From a virus, in the IMG/VR virus record IMGVR_UViG_3300042887_004758, positions 1 through 64,000 of that record: 64,000 nt of DNA. The stretch is one strand, 5' to 3'. Of this stretch, positions 7,592 through 16,646 are shown in pieces (the stretch's first letter is position 1; each line of letters begins with the position of its first letter). The notes below the pieces were generated by a model. The model saw nothing but the letters and a program-made list of their open reading frames with translations, was not told where the DNA came from and made no database searches. A program made the translations under genes and the position numbers.

Positions 7592-7675
7592 TTATACCCG
7601 AACAAATGGACATGATGGTTCCTGCTGCCAATCACAGCCGTTAAATCCTTTGATATGTCCTTTTTTGTTGAGCAT
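7592..7675 (-). CDS. putative attenuator leader peptide MLNKKGHIKGFNGCDWQQEPSCPFVRV
   Basis: 27-codon ORF after TATTTAT motif (7699-7693) and A-rich leader; 3' end complementary to terminator 5' arm; not in ORF track. Confidence 0.7.
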   Translation of the reverse strand: MLNKKGHIKGFNGCDWQQEPSCPFVRV

Positions 7676-7748
7676 TGTTTTAATTTCTGATTATAAATAT
7701 ATCATATATTTTGAAAAATTCAAATTTTTTTTTGGGGAATATATTTAT

Positions 7749-8429
7749 ATGAAAAAGATAATCATGTTAAAGGTAAATCAAGAAGAAAAGGAAAGGATAT
7801 TGAAACTTCATTCAATTGAAGAACAAGCAACTCTAGCAGGTCAGACAAGTGTACCTACTGCTTCTAATCAGTCGAATCAATCTTCAGGGAATGCACAAAA
7901 TAATCGTACATTAGAATTTATAGAGGTACTACGTAAATTGACCGCCGCGTTTCATAATCCGGGTACAAATGTAAAAAAGGCACTCGAAGCATTTCAACGT
8001 GCAAATCCGGCAAAATTCGACGATATTATCCGAGAACTTATGAAAGAAACTACCAAAATTGACACATACAATGGATTAACCGCTGCACTCAATGGTGAAT
8101 ACGGTTTTCAAAATCGAAAAGACTTGGTGAATATAAATAAAGTTTTTACTGATAACAATTCTAAATTTAAATTGGATTGGAAAATAGGTACTGGTGGTGA
8201 TGATGTTAAGTCAATAAGACTCATATTGAATCCGAACTATAAAGCACCTCAGACTCAATCTAAACCTCAAACTCAACCTCAAACTCAACCTTCAACAGTA
8301 AAAAAAGCTATTTCAACAGAAGTTCAGAATAAAACAAAGGAAATACAAAAGGTTTTAAGTTTGACACAAACAGGTACGATGGATCAAGCAACCATAAATA
8401 AAGCTTACGAAATGATAAGTAAATTATAA
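7749..8429 (+). CDS. putative virion protein with Q/P linker and PG-binding-like C-terminus
   Basis: EEKERILKLH..EEQ N-terminal motif; TATTTAT directly upstream; start reset to 7749. Confidence 0.7.
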   Translation: MKKIIMLKVNQEEKERILKLHSIEEQATLAGQTSVPTASNQSNQSSGNAQNNRTLEFIEVLRKLTAAFHNPGTNVKKALEAFQRANPAKFDDIIRELMKETTKIDTYNGLTAALNGEYGFQNRKDLVNINKVFTDNNSKFKLDWKIGTGGDDVKSIRLILNPNYKAPQTQSKPQTQPQTQPSTVKKAISTEVQNKTKEIQKVLSLTQTGTMDQATINKAYEMISKL

Positions 8430-8434
8430 TTACT

Positions 8435-8887
8435 ATGAAAAAATTCATACTGACAGAAAGTGAAAAAAAACATATAAAAAATTTATATGGTTTGAATGAA
8501 CAAGCACAAACAACGACTCCACCAACAAACTATACAATTAAACAATTACAAGATTTGGTAATAAGTAAAGGGGTTAAAATTGTTCCAGATAATAGATATG
8601 GTCCCAAAACAGCAGGCGCGATATTGCAGTTGTTGAATTCTAAACCTACGACACAAACTCAATCTCAACCTCAACCTCAATCTCAACCTCAACCTCAACC
8701 CATCAAAATTGACCCCACCCAAACCCGTACCCCTCTCAATATTAATCTTCAATCTCAACCTGAAGTTAAACCTCAACCTCAAACTCAACAAGAGACAACA
8801 CCACCTGTATCGGCACCCGAAAAAATAAAACCTAAAGGGCCAAATAAAATACCGACAAATCCTCCAAAACCTCAACTTCGAAGATAA
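8435..8887 (+). CDS. putative virion protein, PG-binding-like motif plus Q/P-rich tail
   Basis: LTESEKKHIKNLYGLNEQ N-terminus; LQ...DNRYGPKT; QP repeats. Confidence 0.7.
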   Translation: MKKFILTESEKKHIKNLYGLNEQAQTTTPPTNYTIKQLQDLVISKGVKIVPDNRYGPKTAGAILQLLNSKPTTQTQSQPQPQSQPQPQPIKIDPTQTRTPLNINLQSQPEVKPQPQTQQETTPPVSAPEKIKPKGPNKIPTNPPKPQLRR

Positions 8888-8907
8888 ATAATATTACATA
8901 CAGTGAT

Positions 8908-8941
8908 AAAAAAAAATAGGTCATACGACCTATTTTTTTTT
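8908..8941. terminator. bidirectional intrinsic terminator
   Basis: A9-TAGGTC-ATAC-GACCTA-T9 between convergent genes. Confidence 0.85.
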
Positions 8942-8962
8942 GTTATAATTAAATAATTGGAG

Positions 8963-9457
8963 TTAATATGAGAAACTTGTCATAAACTCATTATACATCT
9001 TTTCCGCTTCAACGGTAAAGATCCCACAGAAAGTTTTGGGTACTTCAACCTTTTTTACAAATTTCATATTTGCTTCTTCAGGAGTTCTATTCCCCTTCCT
9101 TGAATTACATTTCTTGCAACAAGTCACAAGGTTTGCCCAAGTATTTCCTCCTCCCCTTGATTTTGGAATTACGTGATCGATGGATAGGTCATTTTTGGTT
9201 CCACAATAAACACATTCATGATTATCTCTTTTGTATATCTTGTGTCTTGAGATACGTGATTTCACGGGTCTAAAACTTACATAATGCAAAAGACGAATGA
9301 TCAATGGTCTGATAAAATTTCCGATCGAAGTTGCGATGGGTTTTTCACCTCCTTTCAAAATTTCAGCTTTTCCTTTATGTACCAAGACGAATCCCCTCGT
9401 TAAAGTTGTTGTATTGATGGGTGTATAATCTGCGTTTAAAACCAAAACAGCTTCCAT
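8963..9457 (-). CDS. HNH endonuclease
   Basis: VLVLNADY, RD..CVYCG, SIDHVIPKSRGG..W.NLV.CC..CN..KG. Confidence 0.9.
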   Translation of the reverse strand: MEAVLVLNADYTPINTTTLTRGFVLVHKGKAEILKGGEKPIATSIGNFIRPLIIRLLHYVSFRPVKSRISRHKIYKRDNHECVYCGTKNDLSIDHVIPKSRGGGNTWANLVTCCKKCNSRKGNRTPEEANMKFVKKVEVPKTFCGIFTVEAEKMYNEFMTSFSY

Positions 9458-9542
9458 AATTAAAATTTTAAATGAATTATAGTTTATTTTAATTTTATAA
9501 TCAAAAAAAACCCTCCACTTTTTGGTGGAGGGATTCAGGTAT

Positions 9543-9776
9543 TCAACCGTTTTGTTCTTCCTTATTCGGCAGTTGGAACCGTTCTTTGTTTTTCAGGAAA
9601 CCAAAGACGACCAACACGAAACCGACAAGTACTTCAACTGCTTGTACTGTTCCGTCCAAGTTCTCTGTTAGATAATCAACCAAAGGAACATAACTGTTCA
9701 ATCCAAAGAATACCAATAAGGTACCGATAGCTGTGAGAGCGTGTCTTACAACTGATTTAAATTTTTCTGTGTTCAT
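9543..9776 (-). CDS. putative holin-like membrane protein
   Basis: Two TM segments, VRH.LT..G motif, charged C-terminus; TATTTAT upstream. Confidence 0.55.
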   Translation of the reverse strand: MNTEKFKSVVRHALTAIGTLLVFFGLNSYVPLVDYLTENLDGTVQAVEVLVGFVLVVFGFLKNKERFQLPNKEEQNG

Positions 9777-9805
9777 GGGCGTTATTGTTTTATATCAATA
9801 AATAT

Positions 9806-9961
9806 TCATGAACTTCTGAAATTCTTAATTAAGTTATCGATTAATATAATCCCTCCGAGAATAAACAAACCTCCGGGAAGAAAAAAAACCATCAAAGTTA
9901 ACGTTTTGATAAACCAATTCTGTGATTTATAATTCTCAAGGTATTTATAAAAAGTATTCAT
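9806..9961 (-). CDS. possible 51-aa membrane peptide (not in ORF track)
   Basis: MNTFYKYLENYKSQNWFIKTLTLMVFFLPGGLFILGGIILIDNLIKNFRSS. Confidence 0.35.
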   Translation of the reverse strand: MNTFYKYLENYKSQNWFIKTLTLMVFFLPGGLFILGGIILIDNLIKNFRSS

Positions 9962-9968
9962 TTTATCT

Positions 9969-10406
9969 ATGAAATTTTATCTGAACGAAAAACCATCGGT
10001 TGAATTTGACAAAAAATATGGAACAAATGTTTCATATGAATATGATTTTCATCCGTATAATGATCAATATCTTTGGAATGTTTTTATTAACTGTTTGGAT
10101 GAGGATGATGAGGATGCTTGTGAAGAAATGGATGAATTATTACCTTTTATTTTAAGTAAGTTTCCCGATGAAGGATTTGAATCTATTTTTGGAAGTGAAC
10201 CGATGACCGTTGTCTTTGGGATGCTGAGCGGGTATCATCCAAAAGATATAATTCAATACGTTTCAGGTATAACTTATAAGAATAATATTGAAGCCAAAGA
10301 ATTTGAAGAAAATATGAGGGAACACGTAGATCCGGATTTTAATTTCAACGGATGGGTTCCCTCATATTATACTCTGAAAAAACTCAACAAGTTCTTCAAC
10401 TTTTAA
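9969..10406 (+). CDS. hypothetical protein
   Basis: ORF with TATTTAT upstream. Confidence 0.7.
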   Translation: MKFYLNEKPSVEFDKKYGTNVSYEYDFHPYNDQYLWNVFINCLDEDDEDACEEMDELLPFILSKFPDEGFESIFGSEPMTVVFGMLSGYHPKDIIQYVSGITYKNNIEAKEFEENMREHVDPDFNFNGWVPSYYTLKKLNKFFNF

Positions 10407-10825
10407 ACAAGGACATTGACAAGCATCGATGCGTCCCCTTCCCATTTGTCAATCTGACTCTTTGGGATTTTGATTTCAAATTCACCAAGAGATTCGATCT
10501 TGTTTTCAATTTCTTGACGGAACGATTCAACTTGATTCTGTGTGGTTGGGAACTTTACTCCCAAGTGTTTGGAACATACGGGTCCGATGCTGGTGAGTTG
10601 TGACATCGGAGTTTTAAGAGTTGCTCCGCAACAACGGCAAACCTTCCCATTTTCTTTGGTGAGCTTGATCACCAAGTTGATGTTCGTCTTATCAAGGTCA
10701 ACCAAACCTACCACGTCCACAACTCGGGGAAAAAAGGTCAATCCATATTTTTCTTTGATCTGCATTCCGAACTTGCGGTTCATTTTGATCGTGTTGCCAA
10801 CACCCAAGTTGAATACCTTTTTCAT
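10403..10825 (-). CDS. Zn-ribbon (DUF6011-like) protein
   Basis: CRCCG..LK.P.S...IGPVC; start reset to MKKVF; TATATTTG upstream. Confidence 0.7.
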   Translation of the reverse strand: MKKVFNLGVGNTIKMNRKFGMQIKEKYGLTFFPRVVDVVGLVDLDKTNINLVIKLTKENGKVCRCCGATLKTPMSQLTSIGPVCSKHLGVKFPTTQNQVESFRQEIENKIESLGEFEIKIPKSQIDKWEGDASMLVNVLV

Positions 10826-10927
10826 GTCGTTTGTTTTTTCAGAACACAAATATATGAATTGTTTTTCAAAAAAACAAATTTTTTCAGTCCGATCGATATT
10901 TATATAATAAAAATTTCCTGATTAGAT

Positions 10928-11824
10928 ATGAAAAATAAAAAAATTATTTCTGAAATTGATAGGATTAAAGAAATTATGAATCTTATTGTTGAAGCCGAGG
11001 TTGTAACAAATTACGATAAAGATTGGGATTATAAAAAAGATGGAAACATGTTCTATGCGAAGAAAAAAAATGAATCCAATTGGAAACGATTGAGTGGTAA
11101 TGCATTGAATTCGGTAAAACGACTTGTTTTTAAGATTAAAGATCAGAGTGGAAAATCTACAGATAGTGATCAGGACTCAAAAAATAAGGGTATAAAGGTT
11201 GGTAATATTGCACCCGAACAAAGAAGTCAAATAAATTTCAACAACCTGAGTACAACAAGTAGTACTTCGAACATTTGTAAAACTGATTCAACGAATTGTG
11301 CACAATTTGTTAATGATATCAGACCCGATTTGGAATATGTTGGTGACGCTTGGCTCGCTTATCAGAACGAAAACCTGGGTAAACGAATCCATAATTCATT
11401 CAATGATCTTACAACTGATGAACAAAAAAAAATTAAGGATTTGTGGTTGAAAATTTACAAGTCAGGCGGAGATTATGATAATTACAATACTGAAGTGAAA
11501 AATGTAGTGAGTCAATTAGTTCCCGGCACAGGCAAAGTGACAGATTTAAAACTTAATGATGTGGTCGGGATTTTTTATCCACCATCAACACATCATGGAG
11601 AAGCATTTTATGAAGGTGGAAAAAAATGGTTCAAAGACAATGAAAAAGGGGAAAAGATAATTGGAAAAACTCTTGGAACAGGTCTTGGTTGGGGTATGAA
11701 TACTCACATAGGTACAGTTTCGGTAGTGAAAGATGGTGTCCCTTTGGTCTTCCATAATGTCAAAGGAAATGTAAAAAGTGAACCGGCTTCCAATCTCAGA
11801 ATAGCATGGATCAGAAGAAAATAA
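10928..11824 (+). CDS. putative NlpC/P60-CHAP-like amidase, virion-associated
   Basis: NCAQFV (Cys), G.AW, HIG...HN (His); N-terminal EIDRIKEIM motif. Confidence 0.6.
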   Translation: MKNKKIISEIDRIKEIMNLIVEAEVVTNYDKDWDYKKDGNMFYAKKKNESNWKRLSGNALNSVKRLVFKIKDQSGKSTDSDQDSKNKGIKVGNIAPEQRSQINFNNLSTTSSTSNICKTDSTNCAQFVNDIRPDLEYVGDAWLAYQNENLGKRIHNSFNDLTTDEQKKIKDLWLKIYKSGGDYDNYNTEVKNVVSQLVPGTGKVTDLKLNDVVGIFYPPSTHHGEAFYEGGKKWFKDNEKGEKIIGKTLGTGLGWGMNTHIGTVSVVKDGVPLVFHNVKGNVKSEPASNLRIAWIRRK

Positions 11825-12573
11825 TTAGTATCAGAGAAGAAGTTCAAAGGATTAATGAGTTAATTTTTATCACAGAACAAGGTTCTGTTGATAGATTTGT
11901 AGATAATCAATCCAAAACTCTATTAGAACCATTTTTCAAGCAATTTAATGAACTAAAAAAACAGTACCCCTGTGTGCCCTCTAATTTTGTTATACCCTTA
12001 TCAAATTTAATTAATAAAGGATATGATAAAAATTATTTAAAATATGCTTTATCTATAATAGGTAGAGAAAGTTCTTTCGAATCAGGTACAAGGTATAATA
12101 CATACGGTCAGGCAAAAAACATTTTATCGACATTTGGTGTCGACACTTCAAGCGGACCTGCACAAATGAAACCTTCAACAGCGAAAGAACTTGGGTTTAC
12201 TCAACAAGATATTCTAAACAGAGAAAAGGCTTTGTTGGCGGTATATAAATATATCCAAAAATACATACAGGAATCTTCAAAAATGGGATTCCAAAACAAA
12301 CCATCAAACGTAAAAAATGGTTCAGGTAATGCTCAGATTGATATTACCATAGCTTCATATAATAAAGGTGTTCGTGACACAATAGTAAAATGGTGTGAAT
12401 CAAAATTACCCGAAAGAAAAAAACAAGGATTAAAAGATCCTTGTTTTGGTACGAATGGAGATAAGAGTAAACCAATAATGAATTATGTTCCGAATTATGT
12501 TGATGGAAACGCATCAACTCACGGATATATACAAGAAGTCGTACTCAATTACAAAAAATTTAGTTGTTTTTAG
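11806..12573 (+). CDS. putative lysozyme-like / lytic transglycosylase
   Basis: GRESSF (catalytic Glu), GPAQMK, SYNKG. Confidence 0.65.
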   Translation: MDQKKIISIREEVQRINELIFITEQGSVDRFVDNQSKTLLEPFFKQFNELKKQYPCVPSNFVIPLSNLINKGYDKNYLKYALSIIGRESSFESGTRYNTYGQAKNILSTFGVDTSSGPAQMKPSTAKELGFTQQDILNREKALLAVYKYIQKYIQESSKMGFQNKPSNVKNGSGNAQIDITIASYNKGVRDTIVKWCESKLPERKKQGLKDPCFGTNGDKSKPIMNYVPNYVDGNASTHGYIQEVVLNYKKFSCF

Positions 12574-13292
12574 TCAATGGTGAGGTAAGTTGTTGGTTCA
12601 CCCAATGATAATAACTTGGAAATAATTTTTGGTGAAGAGTCGAACCCCACCGAAAATTCACCATTATCGAAGTAGTAATCAACAGAACTTCCACCATCAT
12701 AGAGAATTGCATTTTTCAAATTGAATTTGTTTGCTTCCTCAATAATTTCAGCGATAGTAACTAAACCATTAAATTTAGACGCGATAATTACAATATCTCC
12801 ATTATTATTTTGACCAACAATATTTCTGTACGTCCTTTCTTTGGCATGGTTCATACGAGTTAATCTTTTATTCACCCTACCGTTTTTGATCCCAATTAGA
12901 ATGGATTGAGAGGCAAAAGTTACATTTTTTGGACAGCTAGGTGACACATGACTTTTTCCATTTTTTACGTAAAAATATCCACCTCGATCAACTCTACTTG
13001 ACTTTCTTTTTTTGTTGATTACAACCAATCCGATGGGATTTTCGTTGGGATCAAAAAAATTTGTGTTCATATAGAATGTAGAATTACCTCTTTTATTTTC
13101 GGAGACTTCGAAGTCAGTATTCTTGTCAAAAATGAACACATTCATTTGGTTGTTTTCCAAAATCTTCACGGACTCGTTTTCATACTGTACTCTATAATCT
13201 TGAAATGCGGAAGTAATTCCGTTATTCATGAAAAAATTACATGAAGACAACAATATACTCATGCTCAAGAGAACTAAAAGGATATTTTTCAT
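12570..13292 (-). CDS. lipoprotein, phosphodiester glycosidase (NAGPA-like) family
   Basis: Lipobox LSSC; MN.NFF, R..VG, A..YDGGSS. Confidence 0.7.
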   Translation of the reverse strand: MKNILLVLLSMSILLSSCNFFMNNGITSAFQDYRVQYENESVKILENNQMNVFIFDKNTDFEVSENKRGNSTFYMNTNFFDPNENPIGLVVINKKRKSSRVDRGGYFYVKNGKSHVSPSCPKNVTFASQSILIGIKNGRVNKRLTRMNHAKERTYRNIVGQNNNGDIVIIASKFNGLVTIAEIIEEANKFNLKNAILYDGGSSVDYYFDNGEFSVGFDSSPKIISKLLSLGEPTTYLTID

Positions 13293-13404
13293 GATTCAAA
13301 TTTACAAAATTTAGATGAAAAAAAAAAATTAATTCGTAACTTTATTCGAGGTCTAATAAATATATATCATATCGACTAAGATTACTGAGTGTTCAAAATA
13401 CATT

Positions 13405-13995
13405 TTATCTTCTAACATTTACAGTGGAGTAAAACCTTCTTTGTTCTTTGTCGTAAAGGGTGGATATTGAAATACGATTAAATTTTGGATCTGTAAGAAT
13501 TTTCCAATGAGAAGGACTGTCTCGATATTGAGTTAAAAACATACTTTCCTCGGTTTCATCGAATCGATAATTGAAAGCCACACATTCTCCAACACCGTTA
13601 TATCCGACATATTCGATTCTTTCGGATAAGGTATACTTACCTTCACTATGTGAAATTTTCCTGTTTTGTAGTTGCCATAAGTTGTGAGGATGACTTAAGA
13701 TAAGATACATAGAAGAATCATAGGATAATGAATTCAAATTCATTTCTCTTCTTACCTTATTCAGATGGTTATAAAAATTTAAACTCATTTGATGACATAG
13801 TGAATCGATATTTGTCTCATCAGGATCTAAGTTACGGGTGTTTGAGATGATGTGAGGGTGTTCTTCACAAGAAACAATAATCGTGTCTTTTCCTACTATT
13901 TCAAAACAGGTATAGAACTTTGGTGACATACCTGTGATCTGAGATTTCATCGATATAGAGAATAACAAAAGAGGGATGAGGATCCAAAATTTCAT
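13405..13995 (-). CDS. secreted CAP-domain protein
   Basis: Signal peptide; LN.VR...L, SH, GEC.A, SPSHW.IL. Confidence 0.75.
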   Translation of the reverse strand: MKFWILIPLLLFSISMKSQITGMSPKFYTCFEIVGKDTIIVSCEEHPHIISNTRNLDPDETNIDSLCHQMSLNFYNHLNKVRREMNLNSLSYDSSMYLILSHPHNLWQLQNRKISHSEGKYTLSERIEYVGYNGVGECVAFNYRFDETEESMFLTQYRDSPSHWKILTDPKFNRISISTLYDKEQRRFYSTVNVRR

Positions 13996-14066
13996 GTATT
14001 TCAACGTTTTTAGAAAGATAAAAATATTTAAATTCTTATACAACTATTTATTAAGAAAAAATTAGT

Positions 14067-15368
14067 ATGAAAAAAAATGTTATTTTCGAAATTGATAGGA
14101 TGAAAGAAATGATGGGTTTGATTAATGAACAAACAACTATTGGTCAGTGTTCAGGTAGTAATGAAATTAGTAATCCAGTTGTTGATGTATTGGAAATGTC
14201 ACAAGACGGTAACAGTGTAAAATTCAGATTAAAAGGATTTTTTGGGGCATCTAAAACAGAATCTGATAGTTATACGAGTATGTTGACCAAATTGAAAAAT
14301 ACCATAATTTCTAAATTAGATAAGGCATCGAGTCCTGAAGGATATGAATTGAAATTTATTAATATAGAATCAGCTATAGGATCGGCTAGTAATTATTATA
14401 ACGGACCTCTGAGACCAACTAACGATAATAATGGTAAGTTGATGAATCTTGATGTTTTATATAAACAGGAGCCTTATAAGGATATAAGAAAATTACATGG
14501 AGGGGACCCCAAAAAGTTCGATAGTGATACCGAAACAAATATGGGATTTGCATCTCAGAGAGTAAGTAAATTTCTTAAACATATTCAGGAAACCGCCGAT
14601 AAAACAGGTATTTCTTTAAGTGAAAACTTTACTCAAAGTAAAATATCTCCAATTATCACAGATACTGGAGGTTGTATAGATGAAAAAAGAGATAGTTCTA
14701 AATACCCAAATCCAGGTCAATATGTTGATTTAACAGGGTTAGTTCAGATAAAAAAGAATCCCGCAAAATGTTTAGAGGGTTTAAAAATTGTGGTTGGTTA
14801 TTTTAGATCTCCTAAAGTTGTGGATGGAATAAAAATCCCTAAAAATTCCCAAAATCACACATGTGTATTTGCCACATTTAATATTTTTGCAAATGGTGTT
14901 CCTATTGGTATATCTAATATGAATAATATGACTAAAGACTATCATAATCGGGAGCATTTTGATAAGTACGGTACAAGGTCTAAACTTGATTGGAATACAA
15001 CTCGTATTGGTACTCAAGATAATAGTACTCAAAAAAGATTTGAATTTGTAGAAGACGGTTTAATACCTGAGGATCCAGTATATGGAAAACAAGGATGGAC
15101 TGTCTATACGATCATTGACGTACCTAGTGACAAATTGAAGGAAATTGCGAGTAAAAGCCCTGATGGAAGGGTTAATTTGATGATGTCACCAAACACTGAC
15201 AGTGCACTAAGGGAGGGTGGTAAGGCGCATGGTGATGCGCCAATGGTTGCCGCTTATAAAATAAATAACGGTGTAGTTACCGAATTTTACGGACCAAAAG
15301 AACCCTATGGTAATATAGGTAATGTGAAAAGTGCCGTCGGTATAGGTAGTTTCATACCATGTCAATAA
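14067..15368 (+). CDS. putative virion protein (weak OmpA-like motif)
   Basis: EIDRMKEMMGLINEQ N-terminus; GSAS...N..FA.QR...GQYV. Confidence 0.6.
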   Translation: MKKNVIFEIDRMKEMMGLINEQTTIGQCSGSNEISNPVVDVLEMSQDGNSVKFRLKGFFGASKTESDSYTSMLTKLKNTIISKLDKASSPEGYELKFINIESAIGSASNYYNGPLRPTNDNNGKLMNLDVLYKQEPYKDIRKLHGGDPKKFDSDTETNMGFASQRVSKFLKHIQETADKTGISLSENFTQSKISPIITDTGGCIDEKRDSSKYPNPGQYVDLTGLVQIKKNPAKCLEGLKIVVGYFRSPKVVDGIKIPKNSQNHTCVFATFNIFANGVPIGISNMNNMTKDYHNREHFDKYGTRSKLDWNTTRIGTQDNSTQKRFEFVEDGLIPEDPVYGKQGWTVYTIIDVPSDKLKEIASKSPDGRVNLMMSPNTDSALREGGKAHGDAPMVAAYKINNGVVTEFYGPKEPYGNIGNVKSAVGIGSFIPCQ

Positions 15369-15370
15369 TA

Positions 15371-15397
15371 AATAACCCCCTTTTGAAGGGGGTTATT
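15371..15397. terminator. bidirectional terminator
   Basis: AATAACCCCCTT-TTG-AAGGGGGTTATT. Confidence 0.8.
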
Positions 15398-16010
15398 GTT
15401 TAAAATAAGACTGATCTAAAGTTTTATTTTTGAAGAAAAATTCAGCATTATTATAGTTCAAGGAATGATATGTAAAATTTGTAAAAGTATCGTAATTATC
15501 AAAACTTAAATCACCTCCTTCCACAAAAATTTCAGAATCAAGATCTGACGATAATACATCTGTTTTAATGATAAGGAAAACACCAAACCAATTACGTTCA
15601 ACCATATAAGTAAGAGTTACATCGGAATCAAAATACCATTTGTAATCATAACGAAATGCACATTTCACTCCTTTTAAAGTTGTACTAAGTGTATCAACAA
15701 AAGTTATCGTAGCATCTTCAGTATAACCTTCTGACCAAGAACTATAAAACGCACTGTCAACCAACATCAGAGCATTTTTGAAGGATTCCATACTTTGTGA
15801 ATTATCAAAAATAATTCTGACATCCTGCGATTCACCAAGATCATTAATCTGATAAAAATACACAAACTCATCTTGGTCATTTACAGAAACTGTTATAGAA
15901 TAACTATCACGTAACTTATCAGATGGTTGATACAGACCAAGTAAATGTTGTGAGGTGACAACATTATAACCACCCATAAGGAAAATAAGGACGATAAGAA
16001 ATTTTTTCAT
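15393..16010 (-). CDS. secreted hypothetical protein
   Basis: Bacteroidota-style signal peptide ending S-Q; TATATTTG upstream. Confidence 0.7.
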   Translation of the reverse strand: MKKFLIVLIFLMGGYNVVTSQHLLGLYQPSDKLRDSYSITVSVNDQDEFVYFYQINDLGESQDVRIIFDNSQSMESFKNALMLVDSAFYSSWSEGYTEDATITFVDTLSTTLKGVKCAFRYDYKWYFDSDVTLTYMVERNWFGVFLIIKTDVLSSDLDSEIFVEGGDLSFDNYDTFTNFTYHSLNYNNAEFFFKNKTLDQSYFKQ

Positions 16011-16065
16011 ACCACAAATATAATAAAAATTTTTGTAATTCACAAAAAGTCTTTAATTATTTTAT

Positions 16066-16590
16066 TTATTGAAATACTGTAAAAGTTGCAACAAGAACCC
16101 ATTTGTTTTTTGCTTCAGGATCATATTTTATTTTATATAGTACGATAAAAGTTTGATAATCCCAATCATCTCGTTTGGACCATTTTTTATCACTCATCAT
16201 AACATAATAGTGACCTTTTGGTGAGTTTTTCCAACGAGTGAAAAATTCATAGGCAATTTGTTTTGGGTCGACATACTGACTTGAAAAATTATAAGGACTG
16301 TAGGTTGCTAAAAAATTCTCAATATTAGTTGTTGAATGTGGAAAGTAACTTCCTGTATACATGAGATCATCAACACACCTATCCAGATGTTCAAGGGGAT
16401 TAATAAATTTTGTGACATCTGTCTCGATAGTAACTTTATTTAAATCAGACCTTTGATGAAGGCGAATACTGTCTCTATCATGATTGAGTAAAATATTGAA
16501 GTAGTAATTCACAGAATCAATATCTGATTGTGATTGAGAAAACACACATATCGGTGTCGACAGAAAAAATAAGAAGATCAAATTTTTCAT
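16066..16590 (-). CDS. secreted divergent CAP-like protein
   Basis: Signal peptide (FSQ); LN.DR, EN, WKNSPKGHY. Confidence 0.6.
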   Translation of the reverse strand: MKNLIFLFFLSTPICVFSQSQSDIDSVNYYFNILLNHDRDSIRLHQRSDLNKVTIETDVTKFINPLEHLDRCVDDLMYTGSYFPHSTTNIENFLATYSPYNFSSQYVDPKQIAYEFFTRWKNSPKGHYYVMMSDKKWSKRDDWDYQTFIVLYKIKYDPEAKNKWVLVATFTVFQ

Positions 16591-16646
16591 AGTACAAATA
16601 TAAAAATAAATCCCCAACTCTCAAAATAATCGGGGATTATATTTAG

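Noticed and set aside
1535-7615. ORF-track entries overlapping tRNAs (1535-1764, 2728-2937, 3056-3268, 6869-7212, 7433-7615) and 5' extensions of tilS and HAD
   Set aside because: They arise from GC-rich tRNA sequence and are not credible proteins
7920-8130. Annexin-like GT..L...L..E pattern in the 7749 protein
   Set aside because: Match too weak to support without a profile search
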